Source: an uncultured Gemmatimonadota bacterium (GTDB taxonomy: Bacteria; Gemmatimonadota; Gemmatimonadetes; Palauibacterales; Palauibacteraceae). From it: a stretch of 36,478 bases of DNA. Under the pieces are notes generated by a model. It had not been told where the DNA came from. It did not search any database and was given only the letters and a program-made list of their open reading frames with translations. The stretch's first letter is position 1. Each line of letters starts with the position of its first letter. The stretch lies in NCBI GenBank assembly GCA_964578925.1, contig CAZOEX010000001.1:1-36478 (forward strand). The letters run 5' to 3'. The position numbers and the translations under genes are program-made. Shown piece by piece: positions 9,221-18,258 of this stretch.

Positions 9221-10060
9221 ATGTCGTACGCGAATCCCGACGCCCTGGTCTCGACCGATTGGGTCGACGAACACAAGGACGATCCCAACATTCGCCTCGT
9301 CGAGGTCGACGAAGACACGTCCGCCTACCAGAAGGGCCACATCCCCGGTGCGGTCGGCTGGGACTGGTCGCGCGACATGCACCACGGGGTGCGTCGCGAC
9401 TACCAGGACCAGGAAGGGTTCAACCAGTTGCTTCGCGCGGCCGGGGTCGGTCCCGACACCACCGTGATACTCTACGGCGGCAACAACAATTGGTTCGCCG
9501 CCTACGCCTACTGGCTCCTCAAGTACCGCGGTTTCGACGACGTGAAGTTGATGGACGGAGGCCGGATGAAGTGGGAGCTGGAGGGCCGGGAACTCACGGC
9601 GGAGGTCCCGTCGTATCCCGAGACGGACTTCTCCATCCCGAACCCGGAGCGACCCGAGCTTCGCGCCTTCCGGGACGACGTCCTGGCCTCCGCTAGCTCG
9701 GCCACCTTCATCGACGTCCGCAGTCCCGCGGAGTTTTCGGGCGAAAAGCTCGCGCCCGAGCATCTTCCGCAGGAACAGCCGTACGTCGGCGGACACATTC
9801 CCGGCGCGAAGAACATCCCCTGGTCGAGCGCGGCCAACGAAGACGGGACCTTCAAGAGCGCCGACGAACTGCGGGAGATCTACGGGGGCAAGGGCGTCGA
9901 CGGGTCGGGTGAGACGATCGCCTACTGCCGGATCGGGGAGCGTTCGTCGCACACCTGGTTCGTCCTGAGCGAGCTGCTCGGCTACGAGACGAAGAACTAC
10001 GATGGTTCCTGGACCGAGTACGGGTCGCTCGTGAGGGCGCCGGTGGAACGGGGCAGCTGA
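9221..10060 (+). CDS. Two-domain rhodanese: thiosulfate/3-mercaptopyruvate sulfurtransferase
   Basis: 279 aa. GHIPGA occurs in both halves. Active-site loop YCRIGERSSHTWFVL. SD GGAGG lies 8 nt upstream. Confidence 0.9.
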   Translation: MSYANPDALVSTDWVDEHKDDPNIRLVEVDEDTSAYQKGHIPGAVGWDWSRDMHHGVRRDYQDQEGFNQLLRAAGVGPDTTVILYGGNNNWFAAYAYWLLKYRGFDDVKLMDGGRMKWELEGRELTAEVPSYPETDFSIPNPERPELRAFRDDVLASASSATFIDVRSPAEFSGEKLAPEHLPQEQPYVGGHIPGAKNIPWSSAANEDGTFKSADELREIYGGKGVDGSGETIAYCRIGERSSHTWFVLSELLGYETKNYDGSWTEYGSLVRAPVERGS

Positions 10061-10073
10061 TGGCGCTGATGGC

Positions 10074-10499
10074 TTAGTTGTCTCTCTGTGGTGTCCTCTT
10101 CCAGGAGACGACGCCCCAGAGGCCCAGCAGCGCGCTGAGCGCCACGATCGGGATCTCGCCGTGGCGAGCGTACTCGGACAGGGTCGGATGCGTCACCGGC
10201 CATTGGGCCGCGACGCTCGGCGTGGCAAGCGATACGGTGACGACGCCGAGCAGGAGCTGGACGACGAGCAAGGCGACGGGCAGGGGAGCCGGACGGTCGA
10301 GGGCGTAGCTGGTCGCCACGAGGATGGCGCCGAGCGCGATGAGACCGAGCGCGACGGGCTGCAACGCGGTGAGATCGCCGACGACGTTCGCCGGCACCTC
10401 CCAGCCCGGTCCCGCCTGGGCCCTCGCGAGGGCCGACGCACCGACGAGGGTCCCGATCAGGGTGCACAGCGCGGCGAACAGAACGCGCAGCGTCCTCAT
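10074..10499 (-). CDS. Hypothetical integral membrane protein (about 4 hydrophobic segments)
   Basis: 141 aa, strongly hydrophobic (LFAALCTLIGTLVGASALA, LQPVALGLIALGAILVATSYAL, LPVALLVVQLLLGVVTVSL, IVALSALLGLWGVV). 4-nt overlap with the upstream DUF1697 reading frame. No family recognised. Confidence 0.5.
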   Translation of the reverse strand: MRTLRVLFAALCTLIGTLVGASALARAQAGPGWEVPANVVGDLTALQPVALGLIALGAILVATSYALDRPAPLPVALLVVQLLLGVVTVSLATPSVAAQWPVTHPTLSEYARHGEIPIVALSALLGLWGVVSWKRTPQRDN

Positions 10500-11031
10500 C
10501 CTTCGACCATCTCCCGCATCTTCACGACCGTCCGCCAGTTGCGGGCCGTCGCCGTCACGTCGAGGTGGTTCTCCACCTTCGAGGCGAGCGTCGAGCGGCC
10601 GATGCCGTCGGGCGCGTACAGATAGAAGACGTCGTCCCGGAGCTTCCAGCGCTCCGTGTTCGCGGCGCTCGCCTCGATTCCCGCGATGTCCGGCTCGACC
10701 GGCTCGCGGGCGAGGAAGAAGATGTGGAGGCGCCGGGGCTCGGCCTCGGCATCGGGAAACGGGTTCGCTTCCATCGCCGCCAGGAGGTGGTCGGCCGGGA
10801 AGACGAGTGTGGAGGGCCTGAAGCCGTGCTTCTCGTGATCGACGACGCGATCCGTTCGCCCAGAGCCTCGCACTCGTCGGCGTCGAAGTCGAACACGATA
10901 TTGCCGCTCTGAATGTAGGTTCGCACGTTGCGCAGCCCGAGCGCCTCGAGGTCGCTGCGCAAGGCCGCCATCTTCAGACGGTTGTGCCCGCCGACGTTGA
11001 TGCCGCGAAGCAATGCGATCCCTGTCACCAT
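10496..11031 (-). pseudogene. DUF1697-family gene interrupted by an apparent 1-nt frameshift near 10840-10852
   Basis: The N-terminal half MVTGIALLRGINVGGHNRLKMAALRSDLEALGLRNVRTYIQSGNIVFDFDADECEALGERI is in one frame (start 11031). The C-terminal half VVDHEKHGFRPSTLVFPADHLLAAMEANPF...LYAPDGIGRSTLASKVENHLDVTATARNWRTVVKM is in another frame (stop 10496). Joined, they give a full-length DUF1697 pattern. Confidence 0.7.
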
Positions 11032-11125
11032 GTCGACAATGTCGGGGCCGCCGGCCGGCCGGGCGAATCCGCCGGTCGAGGAAGACCGCCGAACAGCGAA
11101 GGTAGAAGGAGAAGGGAGAGGAAGG

Positions 11126-11974
11126 ATGAGAGTCTTCATCACGGGCGCGACGGGCTACATCGGCAGCGCCGTGGCCCGGTCCGCCGAGGAGACCGGCCAC
11201 GATGTCGTCGGGCTCGCGCACCACGACGCGGCCCGGCAGACCCTGGTCGACGCGGGGCGCGAGATCGTATCGGGAGGACTCGCCGATACCGACGTTCTGG
11301 CGGAGGCGGCCCGCTCCGCTGACGGTGTCGTCCACACGGCGAGCGCGGACGGGGAGGAGGGTCCGGAGCTCGACGAGGCGGCCGTTCACGCCATGGTCGA
11401 CGCGCTCGAGGGCTCGGGGAAGCCGTTCGTGTACACGAGTGGCATCTGGGTTCTGGGTGAGACGGGGAATCAAGCTATATCCGAGGAGGACCCGGTCCAC
11501 CCCGCCGAGCTCGTCACCTGGCGAGCGGAAGTCGAGAAATGGGTCATCGCCGCGGCCGATCGCGGCGTGCGCACCATTGTCGTCCGCCCGGGCATCGTCT
11601 ATGGACGCGGTGGCGGCCTCCCCGCGATGATGACACGAGGCGACCTGCCCCTGATAGGTGACGGCGAGAACCGATGGCCGGTCGTGCACATCGACGACGT
11701 GGGCCGGCTCTACGTCGCGGCGCTGGAGCGCGGCACCGCCGGGAGCGTCCTTCACGGGGTCGCCGGCCACGTCCGGGCTCGGGAGGTAGCCGAGCGGCTC
11801 GGAGCGGAATCGGTGCCGCTGGACGCAGCGCGCGAGCGGTTGGGCGCGTTCGCCGAGGCCCTCGTGCTGGACCAGCGGGTTGCGTCCGAGAAGACACGGG
11901 AGCGTATGGAGTGGACGCCCCGCGAACCCGGTATTCTCGAGCTGTCCGCTTCGGAGCTGGGTGGCCAGGCATGA
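11126..11974 (+). CDS. NAD(P)-dependent epimerase/dehydratase-family (extended SDR) protein
   Basis: MRVFITGATGYIGSAV Rossmann motif directly at the ATG at 11126, preceded by a purine-rich SD (GGAGAAGGGAGAGGAAGG). 282 aa. Confidence 0.8.
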   Translation: MRVFITGATGYIGSAVARSAEETGHDVVGLAHHDAARQTLVDAGREIVSGGLADTDVLAEAARSADGVVHTASADGEEGPELDEAAVHAMVDALEGSGKPFVYTSGIWVLGETGNQAISEEDPVHPAELVTWRAEVEKWVIAAADRGVRTIVVRPGIVYGRGGGLPAMMTRGDLPLIGDGENRWPVVHIDDVGRLYVAALERGTAGSVLHGVAGHVRAREVAERLGAESVPLDAARERLGAFAEALVLDQRVASEKTRERMEWTPREPGILELSASELGGQA

Positions 11975-13359
11975 GCCAGACCGCTGAAGATCAATTGACC
12001 GCCTACCTCGCCGACCACGCCGATCGTTTCGTCGAGGAGATGAAGGATCTTCTCCGCATCGAGAGCGTGAGCACCGATCCGAGCCGCGCGGCGGGCGTCA
12101 GCGAGTGCGCTAGAAAGGTCGCGGCCGACCTCCGCGCCGCAGGCGTGGCCGAGGTCGAGGTCGTGCCTACGCCCGGCAACCCGATCGTACTCGGCTCACA
12201 CGTCGTCGATCCGAATGCGCCCACCCTGCTCGTCTACGGGCACTACGATGTCCAGCCGGAGGATCCCGTCGAGCTCTGGGACTCTCCGCCCTTCGAACCG
12301 ACGGAGCGGGAAGGCCGCCTCTATGCCCGCGGAGCGATCGACGACAAAGGGCAGGTGCACCTGCACATCAAGGCCATCGAGGCGCGGCTCGCTTCTGGCG
12401 TCGGCCTTCCCGTGAACGTGAAGCTGGTGATCGAGGGCGAGGAGGAGGTCGGGAGTCCGAATCTGGCAGCCTTCCTCGAGACGAACGCCGATCGGCTGGC
12501 CTGCGACGCCGTCGTGGTCAGCGACACGGGGATGATCGCCCCGGGCGTGCCGACGATCGCGGTCGGCCTTCGTGGCATCGCATACCTGGAGGTGCACGTC
12601 CGGGGGCCGAAGGGGGACCTCCATTCGGGCGAGTACGGGGGCGCGGTCGTGAACCCGGCGAACGCCCTGGCCGAGATCATCGCGGGGCTGCGGGACGACG
12701 ACGGACGGGTCACGATTCCGGGCTTCTACGACGACGTCCGCCCCGTGACCGACGTCGACCGCGAGCGGCTCGCGGAGCTCCCCCACGACGACGCGGAGCT
12801 CATCGAGCAAACTGGTGTCCCGGCCCTCGGTGGCGAGGCGGGCTATTCCACGCTCGAGCGGCTCGGCTTCCGGCCGACGCTCGACGTGAACGGACTCCTC
12901 GGCGGCTACACGGGCGAGGGGGCCAAGACCGTGCTGCCGGCGAAGGCGATGGCGAAGATCTCGATGCGCCTCGTACCGGACCAGGAGCCCGGGACGGTCG
13001 AACGACAGTTCATCGACCACGTCGGAGCGCTCGCTCCCGAGGGTGTCCGGGTCGACATCCGTCGCCACCACGGGGGACTTCCGTGGGCCGCAGATCCGGA
13101 GCACCCGGTGTTCGAGGCGGCCGCCGCGGCGCTGCGCCGGACCTTCGGCCGCGATCCCGTCTACGTACGGGAGGGTGGTTCCATCCCCATCATCCCCCTC
13201 TTCGAGCGCACCTTCGGCGCGCCGGTCGTGCTGCTCGGTTTCGGGCTCCCGGGCTCGAACCTGCACGCTCCCAACGAGTGGATCGACCTGGCGACCTACC
13301 ACGAGGGGATCGAGACGGTGGCGCGCCTCTACGACGAGGTCGCCGCGATGGGCGCGTGA
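11971..13359 (+). CDS. M20-family dipeptidase / peptidase (ArgE/DapE/ACY1/CPG2 superfamily)
   Basis: ATGA overlap with the SDR gene. LLVYGHYDVQPEDP, ARGAIDDKGQ, VIEGEEEVGS and a C-terminal GGSIP motif, all typical of M20 dimetallopeptidases. Confidence 0.9.
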   Translation: MSQTAEDQLTAYLADHADRFVEEMKDLLRIESVSTDPSRAAGVSECARKVAADLRAAGVAEVEVVPTPGNPIVLGSHVVDPNAPTLLVYGHYDVQPEDPVELWDSPPFEPTEREGRLYARGAIDDKGQVHLHIKAIEARLASGVGLPVNVKLVIEGEEEVGSPNLAAFLETNADRLACDAVVVSDTGMIAPGVPTIAVGLRGIAYLEVHVRGPKGDLHSGEYGGAVVNPANALAEIIAGLRDDDGRVTIPGFYDDVRPVTDVDRERLAELPHDDAELIEQTGVPALGGEAGYSTLERLGFRPTLDVNGLLGGYTGEGAKTVLPAKAMAKISMRLVPDQEPGTVERQFIDHVGALAPEGVRVDIRRHHGGLPWAADPEHPVFEAAAAALRRTFGRDPVYVREGGSIPIIPLFERTFGAPVVLLGFGLPGSNLHAPNEWIDLATYHEGIETVARLYDEVAAMGA

Positions 13360-13403
13360 GCGCGGGTGTCAACGGAATCCGTCCCCCATAACTTGATTCC
13401 CCC

Positions 13404-14858
13404 ATGCCACTATCGCGCCGACATTTTCTTCGCCAGGCCGCCGCCGTCTCCGTCGGATTCGGCGGACTGCAGGCGTTCGTCAGCGCGTGCACCGACGGCG
13501 TACCATTTTCGCGAACGAACATCGACGGGGAGGAGAACGGCCGTACCTCTTCGTCGCGTCGGAGGAGCGATTTCGGCCCCCTGGTCCCCGATCCCGCCGG
13601 CATCTTCGATCTTCCGGAGGGCTTCGCCTATCGCGTGCTCTCACGCTTCGGCGACACGATGGACGACGGCTTCGTCGTACCGGGCCGCGCCGACGGAATG
13701 GCGGCGTTCCCCGGCCCGGACGGCACGACGCTCCTGGTCTGCAACCACGAGGTCACCCCGCGCGGCAGCCGAAACCAGAGCGCCCTCGGCCCCGGCTACG
13801 CGCTGCTCGATCGGCTGAATCCGGCGGACTGTTACGATCCGGGCGACGATGCCCGCCCGGCCGGGGGCGGTACGACGACGATCGTCTACGACACGCGGTC
13901 CGGCGCGGTCGTCCGCAGCTTCCTGAGCCTGGCGGGCACGCTCCGCAATTGCGCCGGCGGGCCGACGCCCTGGAATTCCTGGCTCACTTGCGAGGAGATC
14001 GTCCTGCCGGCCCGATCGCCCTGGGCGCGCTCCCACGGCTGGGTCTTCGAGGTGCCGGCGACCGCGGAGCCTGGCCTCGCGCGTCCCGTCCCGATCGAGG
14101 CGATGGGGCGATTCAACCACGAGGCCGTGGCGGTCGAACCGGAATCGGGTGTCGTCTACCAGACGGAAGACCGGGACGAGGGGCTCCTCTATCGCTACGT
14201 GCCCGACGTTCCCGGGGACCTTCATGCCGGCGGTCGGCTCCAGGCTCTCGTCGTCCGCGGCCGTTCCTCGCTCGACACCCGAAACTGGGAAGATTCGCAG
14301 ATCATAGCCGTCGGCACCTCGTTTCCCGTCGACTGGATCGATTTACGCGACGTGGACGCGCCCGACGACGATTTGCGCTTCCGCGGACGCGACGACGGCG
14401 CCGCGATCTTCGCGCGCGGCGAGGGGATGTGGTACGGAAACGGCGCCGTCTACTTCGCCTGCACGAACGGTGGACCCGAGCGACTGGGACAGATCTGGAA
14501 GTACACGCCTTCCGCCGCCGAAGCCACGTCCGGGGAGATCGAGGCGCCCGGCCGTCTCGAGCTCTTCCTCGAGTCCGACGACGTGAAGGTGCTGGAAAAC
14601 GCCGACAACCTCACGGTCGCGCCCTGGGGCGACCTGTTCGTCTGCGAGGACGGCGACGACGCGCAATACCTGATCGGTGTTCGGCCCGACGGTTCGACCT
14701 ACCGCTTCGGGCACAACGCCGTCAGCGACTCCGAACTCGCCGGCGCCTGCTTTTCGCCCGACGGCTCGACGCTGTTCATGAACATCCAGAACGACGGGCT
14801 GACGCTGGCGATCACGGGGCCGTGGAACCGGGACCGCGATGCGCCGGGCGTCGGATGA
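13404..14858 (+). CDS. Tat-exported DUF839 (PhoX-like beta-propeller) protein
   Basis: Twin-arginine signal MPLSRRHFLRQAAAVSVGFGG. PEGFAYRVLSRFGDTMDDGFVVPGRADGMAAF and NHEAVAV, EDG/ENADNLTV...CEDG motifs as in the DUF839/PhoX family. Confidence 0.8.
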   Translation: MPLSRRHFLRQAAAVSVGFGGLQAFVSACTDGVPFSRTNIDGEENGRTSSSRRRSDFGPLVPDPAGIFDLPEGFAYRVLSRFGDTMDDGFVVPGRADGMAAFPGPDGTTLLVCNHEVTPRGSRNQSALGPGYALLDRLNPADCYDPGDDARPAGGGTTTIVYDTRSGAVVRSFLSLAGTLRNCAGGPTPWNSWLTCEEIVLPARSPWARSHGWVFEVPATAEPGLARPVPIEAMGRFNHEAVAVEPESGVVYQTEDRDEGLLYRYVPDVPGDLHAGGRLQALVVRGRSSLDTRNWEDSQIIAVGTSFPVDWIDLRDVDAPDDDLRFRGRDDGAAIFARGEGMWYGNGAVYFACTNGGPERLGQIWKYTPSAAEATSGEIEAPGRLELFLESDDVKVLENADNLTVAPWGDLFVCEDGDDAQYLIGVRPDGSTYRFGHNAVSDSELAGACFSPDGSTLFMNIQNDGLTLAITGPWNRDRDAPGVG

Positions 14859-14905
14859 CCGATCCGTGACCGATCGGGCGATCCCCGTCCTCCAGCGCTA
14901 CCGGC

Positions 14906-15346
14906 TCAGCCCGCCACGCGCCGCTCGATCTGGTCGATGTGGTCGGTCCAGCCCTCCGGCATGCCGTCCCGCATTCCCTCGGGCAACGGGCCGTAGGCGG
15001 CGTGCACGAAACGCAGGGTCGTGATCCCGTCGACCTCCTCCAGCCGGTACTGGACGTTGTTGCTGACCGGGGCCGACATGAACAGCGGTCCGGTCAACTC
15101 GAACAGCGTCGGCGGCCGGATCGCCTGCACATGTCCCCAGAGATGACCGGCGTCGTCTCCCAGGTCCCGGTACCAGCGGCCGCCGGGGAAACGCTCGATC
15201 CGCAGCGACAGCGATTCGCCCTGCTCCCCTCCGAATCCCGGGCCTACTTCGTGAAGCATCGCTTCCCAGACGTCCTCGATCGGGGCCTCGATGCGGCGCT
15301 CCAGCTCGATGCGGAACTCCAGCTCCGCGGCTACGGATGGGGTCAT
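14906..15346 (-). CDS. SRPBCC-superfamily protein (AHSA1 / activator of Hsp90 ATPase homolog-like), copy 1
   Basis: 146 aa. LEFRIELERRIEAPIEDVWEAM...GGRWYRDLGDD...LRFVH pattern. 4-nt overlap with the upstream ArsR gene, a very common ArsR-SRPBCC pairing. Confidence 0.85.
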   Translation of the reverse strand: MTPSVAAELEFRIELERRIEAPIEDVWEAMLHEVGPGFGGEQGESLSLRIERFPGGRWYRDLGDDAGHLWGHVQAIRPPTLFELTGPLFMSAPVSNNVQYRLEEVDGITTLRFVHAAYGPLPEGMRDGMPEGWTDHIDQIERRVAG

Positions 15347-15717
15347 CGTTCGTTCTCCGTCGTTTCGGGTTCGTTCCGTACGTCGTCTTCACCACGCGCA
15401 CGAGCCTCCGCCCGCTCCTTGATCGAATCGAGATGCTTCTCCCAGATCCGCTCGCATCGTTCGACCCAGTGCCGGACCGGTGACAGGGCTTCGGGATCGG
15501 CCGAATAGAGACGACGCCGACCGTCCTTCCGCACACTCACCAGCTCCACTTCTCGAAGTACCCGCAGATGCTTGGACACCGAGGGCTGGTCCATCTCCAG
15601 GGCCTCGACGACCTCGTTCACGGCATGTTCGCCGTGACAGACGAGTTCGAGGATCGCGCGGCGCCGGGGTTCGGCGATCGCGTTGTACACGTCGGAATCG
15701 GCGGCTGCTCGTGCCAT
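15343..15717 (-). CDS. ArsR/SmtB-family winged-helix transcriptional regulator, copy 1
   Basis: 124 aa. DVYNAIAEPRRRAILELVCHGEHAVNEVVEALEMDQPSVSKHLRVLREVELVSVRKDGRRRLY is the canonical ArsR HTH_5 pattern. Confidence 0.9.
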   Translation of the reverse strand: MARAAADSDVYNAIAEPRRRAILELVCHGEHAVNEVVEALEMDQPSVSKHLRVLREVELVSVRKDGRRRLYSADPEALSPVRHWVERCERIWEKHLDSIKERAEARARGEDDVRNEPETTENER

Positions 15718-15752
15718 GACCGATAATATATTCTAGTATCGGCATATGTCAA
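15718..15752 (-). promoter_or_regulatory. Sigma70-like promoter TTGACA-N16-TATATT-N7-ATG, positioned for a leaderless ArsR mRNA, with overlapping palindromes (candidate ArsR operator)
   Basis: Read on the minus strand: GGG TTGACA TATGCCGATACTAGAA TATATT ATCGGTC ATG. An AT-rich patch in a GC-rich genome. Inverted repeat CCGATA-N11-TATCGG and the 8-bp palindrome AATATATT overlap the -10 element. No SD is present. Confidence 0.45.
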
Positions 15753-15776
15753 CCCGCTCACCGGGTGGGGCATCGG

Positions 15777-16148
15777 TCATTTCGCTTCGACGGTCCCGAG
15801 CATGTTCGGGTGGTATTCGCAGAAATACTCGAGGGTCGTCGTCGCGTGGGCGATCCAGCGAAAGGTCTGGCCCCGGACCATCTCGTCCGAGCTCCAGCTC
15901 TCGTCGAGCGGCGCGACGGTGTGAGGCACGACATCCCGGTTGATCCACAGAACGGTGTCGCCGGGCTGAACGACGAGTCGCTCCGGCTCGAAGCGCAACT
16001 GACGGATCTCGATGGTGTGAGAGACGGCAGTCGGACCTGAAACAGCCGGGCCGGCCTCGCCTCGGGCGAGACCGGCGCCGGTGATTGCCGCGCCCAGACC
16101 GATGAGCGCCAGGAGCGCCAGGTCCGGGCCTGCGGGAAAAAGCTTCAC
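15777..16148 (-). CDS. Secreted type-1 copper cupredoxin (amicyanin/plastocyanin-like)
   Basis: Signal or anchor segment LALLALIGLGAAITGAGLA. Copper ligand pattern VVPHTV ... YFCEYHPNM (His, then Cys-x2-His-x2-Met as in amicyanin). GTG start overlaps the DUF4142 stop (GTGA). Confidence 0.8.
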   Translation of the reverse strand: MKLFPAGPDLALLALIGLGAAITGAGLARGEAGPAVSGPTAVSHTIEIRQLRFEPERLVVQPGDTVLWINRDVVPHTVAPLDESWSSDEMVRGQTFRWIAHATTTLEYFCEYHPNMLGTVEAK

Positions 16149-16723
16149 ATGCCCTCCATTCCGCCCATTCCTCCGAGCTTCCGATCGAGCTTCTCGGCGT
16201 GCTCCTGATGCACGAGAAAGATCTCCAGCGCTCCCTCGAAGGCCTGCTTGACCTGCGGGTTGTCGATGTTCGGAATGAACTGCTCCGCGACGAGACCGTT
16301 CACCGACTGGTGATAAGCCGCTTCGTTCGCCGCGTACCGCCGGTCGAACTCCGCGCCACGCAGTCGGCTCAGCTCGTTCGTGATCCGACGCGCGTTGGCG
16401 CGCAGCTCACGACTGACCTCGTTGTCCTGCGCGGTCACGCCCAGCCGCTTCGCGAGGGCGGCCACCTGCTCGTTGACGGCCGTATGATCCCGGATCATCG
16501 TCTCGGCGAACTCCCGGATCTCGGGATTGTCCGACAGCGCGAGCGCCAGGTGCGCGTACTTGATGTCGGTGTTGTTCGCGGTGACGGCCACGTGGGCCAT
16601 CTCGAGATCGTTCAGGTCGGATGACGTGCTCGGGTCCGGTGCCACGGCCGCGGCCGTCCCGGTGATGATCGCCGTGACGGCCAGCGCCACGATCCCCCGG
16701 TTCAGGTTGATGCTCTTATTCAT
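16145..16723 (-). CDS. Secreted DUF4142-domain protein with a Met/Gly-rich C-terminal tail
   Basis: Signal peptide, then LEMAHVAVTANNTDIKYAHLALALSDNPEIREFAETMIRDHTAVNEQV and a second half-repeat FDRRYAANEAAYHQ, typical of DUF4142. Ends in GGMGGMEGM. Confidence 0.8.
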   Translation of the reverse strand: MNKSINLNRGIVALAVTAIITGTAAAVAPDPSTSSDLNDLEMAHVAVTANNTDIKYAHLALALSDNPEIREFAETMIRDHTAVNEQVAALAKRLGVTAQDNEVSRELRANARRITNELSRLRGAEFDRRYAANEAAYHQSVNGLVAEQFIPNIDNPQVKQAFEGALEIFLVHQEHAEKLDRKLGGMGGMEGM

Positions 16724-16795
16724 TCGTTCCTCCGGTTCACTTGATGGGTGTCGATGCGCCCGGCTCGTCGGCCGGGCATCGCGATATTCGTGCGG

Positions 16796-17140
16796 TCAGG
16801 CGGCTGCCTGTCCGCTCTCTTCCACCGGGCGGCTCGCCTTCTTCCAGGCGTCTAGCCCGCCCTCGAAGACCCGCACGTTGGCGAAGCCCAGCTTCGCCAG
16901 CTTCTCGCCGGCCGCCTTGCTCTGCGGGCAGTCCGGGCCGCTGCAGTACACGACGATCTCCGTGTCCCTGTCCAGCGCGGCGGCCTCGCGGCCGACTCTG
17001 TCCAGCGGCACGCGACGGGATGTCGGGATGAGCTCGCCCGTGTAGTATTCGTCGGTCAGCACGTTCCAGAACTCGGAAACGCCGCCTTCCGCCTGGGCGT
17101 CGGTCAGCTCGTCGAGGGAGATGAGGTTCAACTCCTTCAT
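16796..17140 (-). CDS. Single-domain rhodanese-like sulfurtransferase
   Basis: 114 aa from the ATG at 17140 (SD GGAAGGAG 6 nt upstream). Active-site loop IVVYCSGPDCPQSKAAGEKLAKLGFANVRVFEGGLDAW. Confidence 0.85.
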   Translation of the reverse strand: MKELNLISLDELTDAQAEGGVSEFWNVLTDEYYTGELIPTSRRVPLDRVGREAAALDRDTEIVVYCSGPDCPQSKAAGEKLAKLGFANVRVFEGGLDAWKKASRPVEESGQAAA

Positions 17141-17376
17141 GTCGGTGCTCCTTCCATGGTGTGTCGTTTCATTCGTCGTCGAAGTGCCGAACCGCCGCGC
17201 GGGCCGTTCGACAGTGGGGCCAATGACGGCGCGGAGGATTTGGTTCCAGGCGTCCGGGAGATTTCCGCACCGGTCGAACGAGCAGACCGCACGGCTTCGG
17301 GATAGCCGGAACCATTCGAGCCCGCCCGGCATTGTCGAGGGCGTGAGCCGGGCGTCTTCGATCGGAGGAGCATGAA

Positions 17377-17991
17377 TTGACGGTGTCGCAGAGCATGCAG
17401 CGGACAGTCGACCTGGAAGATCGGGAGGGGTCCATCGAGCCCCTGCTGCGCGGCGTGCTGGATCGCGCGTACAACTTCGCGGTGCGGCTGACGCGGGACG
17501 AGGCCGACGCCGAGGATCTGCTGCAGGAGGCGGCTCTTCGAGCCTGCCGCTTCTTTCATCAGTTCGAGCCCGGAACCAACTTTCGCGCCTGGTTCTTCAA
17601 GATCCTGGCGAACTGCTACTACAGTGAGATCCGGAGCGACGACAGGCGTGGGGATCGGGTGAGCATCGACGACGCGCCGGCGCTGCATCTGTACGTGAAG
17701 TCCCACGAGTTGGGCCTGAACGACGGCGACTCAGATCCAGCCGCAACGCTGCTCGAACGGCTGGGGACGGACCGGATTGCACGCGCCCTGAACGCGCTGC
17801 CGGAAGACTATCGTTCGGTCGCGACACTGTATTTCGTGGAAGACTTCAAGTACCGGGAGATCGCGGACGTGCTGGGAATCCCGCTCGGCACGGTTCGTTC
17901 GCGCCTCCACCGGGGGCGACGGATGTTACAGGAAGCACTATGGGACGTGGCCGTGGAACACGGACTCGTCGCGCACGAGGATGAGAGCTGA
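17377..17991 (+). CDS. ECF-family RNA polymerase sigma factor (second copy in window; partner of an RsrA-like anti-sigma)
   Basis: Region 2 AEDLLQEAALRACRFFHQFEPGTNFRAWFFKILANCYY. Region 4 LPEDYRSVATLYFVEDFKYREIADVLGIPLGTVRSRLHRGRRML. SD GGAGGAG at 17364-17370. TTG start at 17377 (alternatives GTG 17383, ATG 17395). Confidence 0.9.
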   Translation: MTVSQSMQRTVDLEDREGSIEPLLRGVLDRAYNFAVRLTRDEADAEDLLQEAALRACRFFHQFEPGTNFRAWFFKILANCYYSEIRSDDRRGDRVSIDDAPALHLYVKSHELGLNDGDSDPAATLLERLGTDRIARALNALPEDYRSVATLYFVEDFKYREIADVLGIPLGTVRSRLHRGRRMLQEALWDVAVEHGLVAHEDES

Positions 17992-18258
17992 ATGGCACCA
18001 CTGGACCGATATACCTGTGAGCAGGTCTTTCACCTGCTGGACGACTACGTCGACAGGGAACTGACACCCGACGAGATCGCGTGCGTCGAGCAGCATCTCG
18101 CGACATGCGCGCAGTGCGCGAGCGAGTCGCGGTTCGAGCACAGCCTGGTCGAGGGCCTCAAAGAGAAGATCCGGCAGATCGATGCGCCCCGTTCGGCCGT
18201 GGAGAAGGTCGAAGCGGTGCTGCGACGCGAAGTCGACGGTCCCGCCGAGGACGACTGA
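17992..18258 (+). CDS. Soluble zinc-binding anti-sigma factor (ZAS, RsrA-like)
   Basis: 88 aa with no TM segment. The start immediately follows the sigma stop. Cys9, His35, Cys39 and Cys42 (HLATCAQC) sit at the same relative spacing as the RsrA zinc ligands C11/H37/C41/C44. Confidence 0.85.
   Translation: MAPLDRYTCEQVFHLLDDYVDRELTPDEIACVEQHLATCAQCASESRFEHSLVEGLKEKIRQIDAPRSAVEKVEAVLRREVDGPAEDD

Noticed and set aside
11032-11770. The upstream two-thirds of the 424-aa minus-strand ORF 10496-11770
   Set aside because: It runs antisense to the well-supported SDR gene (GATGYIGS at 11126) and has no motifs. Only its last ~120 aa (the DUF1697 C-terminal half) look real.
17141-17376. ECF-type promoters (GGAAC motifs at about 17238-17243 on the minus strand and about 17308-17313 on the plus strand) in the 236-bp divergent region between the rhodanese gene and the ECF sigma gene
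   Set aside because: GGAAC-like -35 motifs are present, but spacing to any CGT/GTC/GTT -10 element is wrong (about 14 or about 21 nt instead of 16-18). I cannot support the call without transcription start data.
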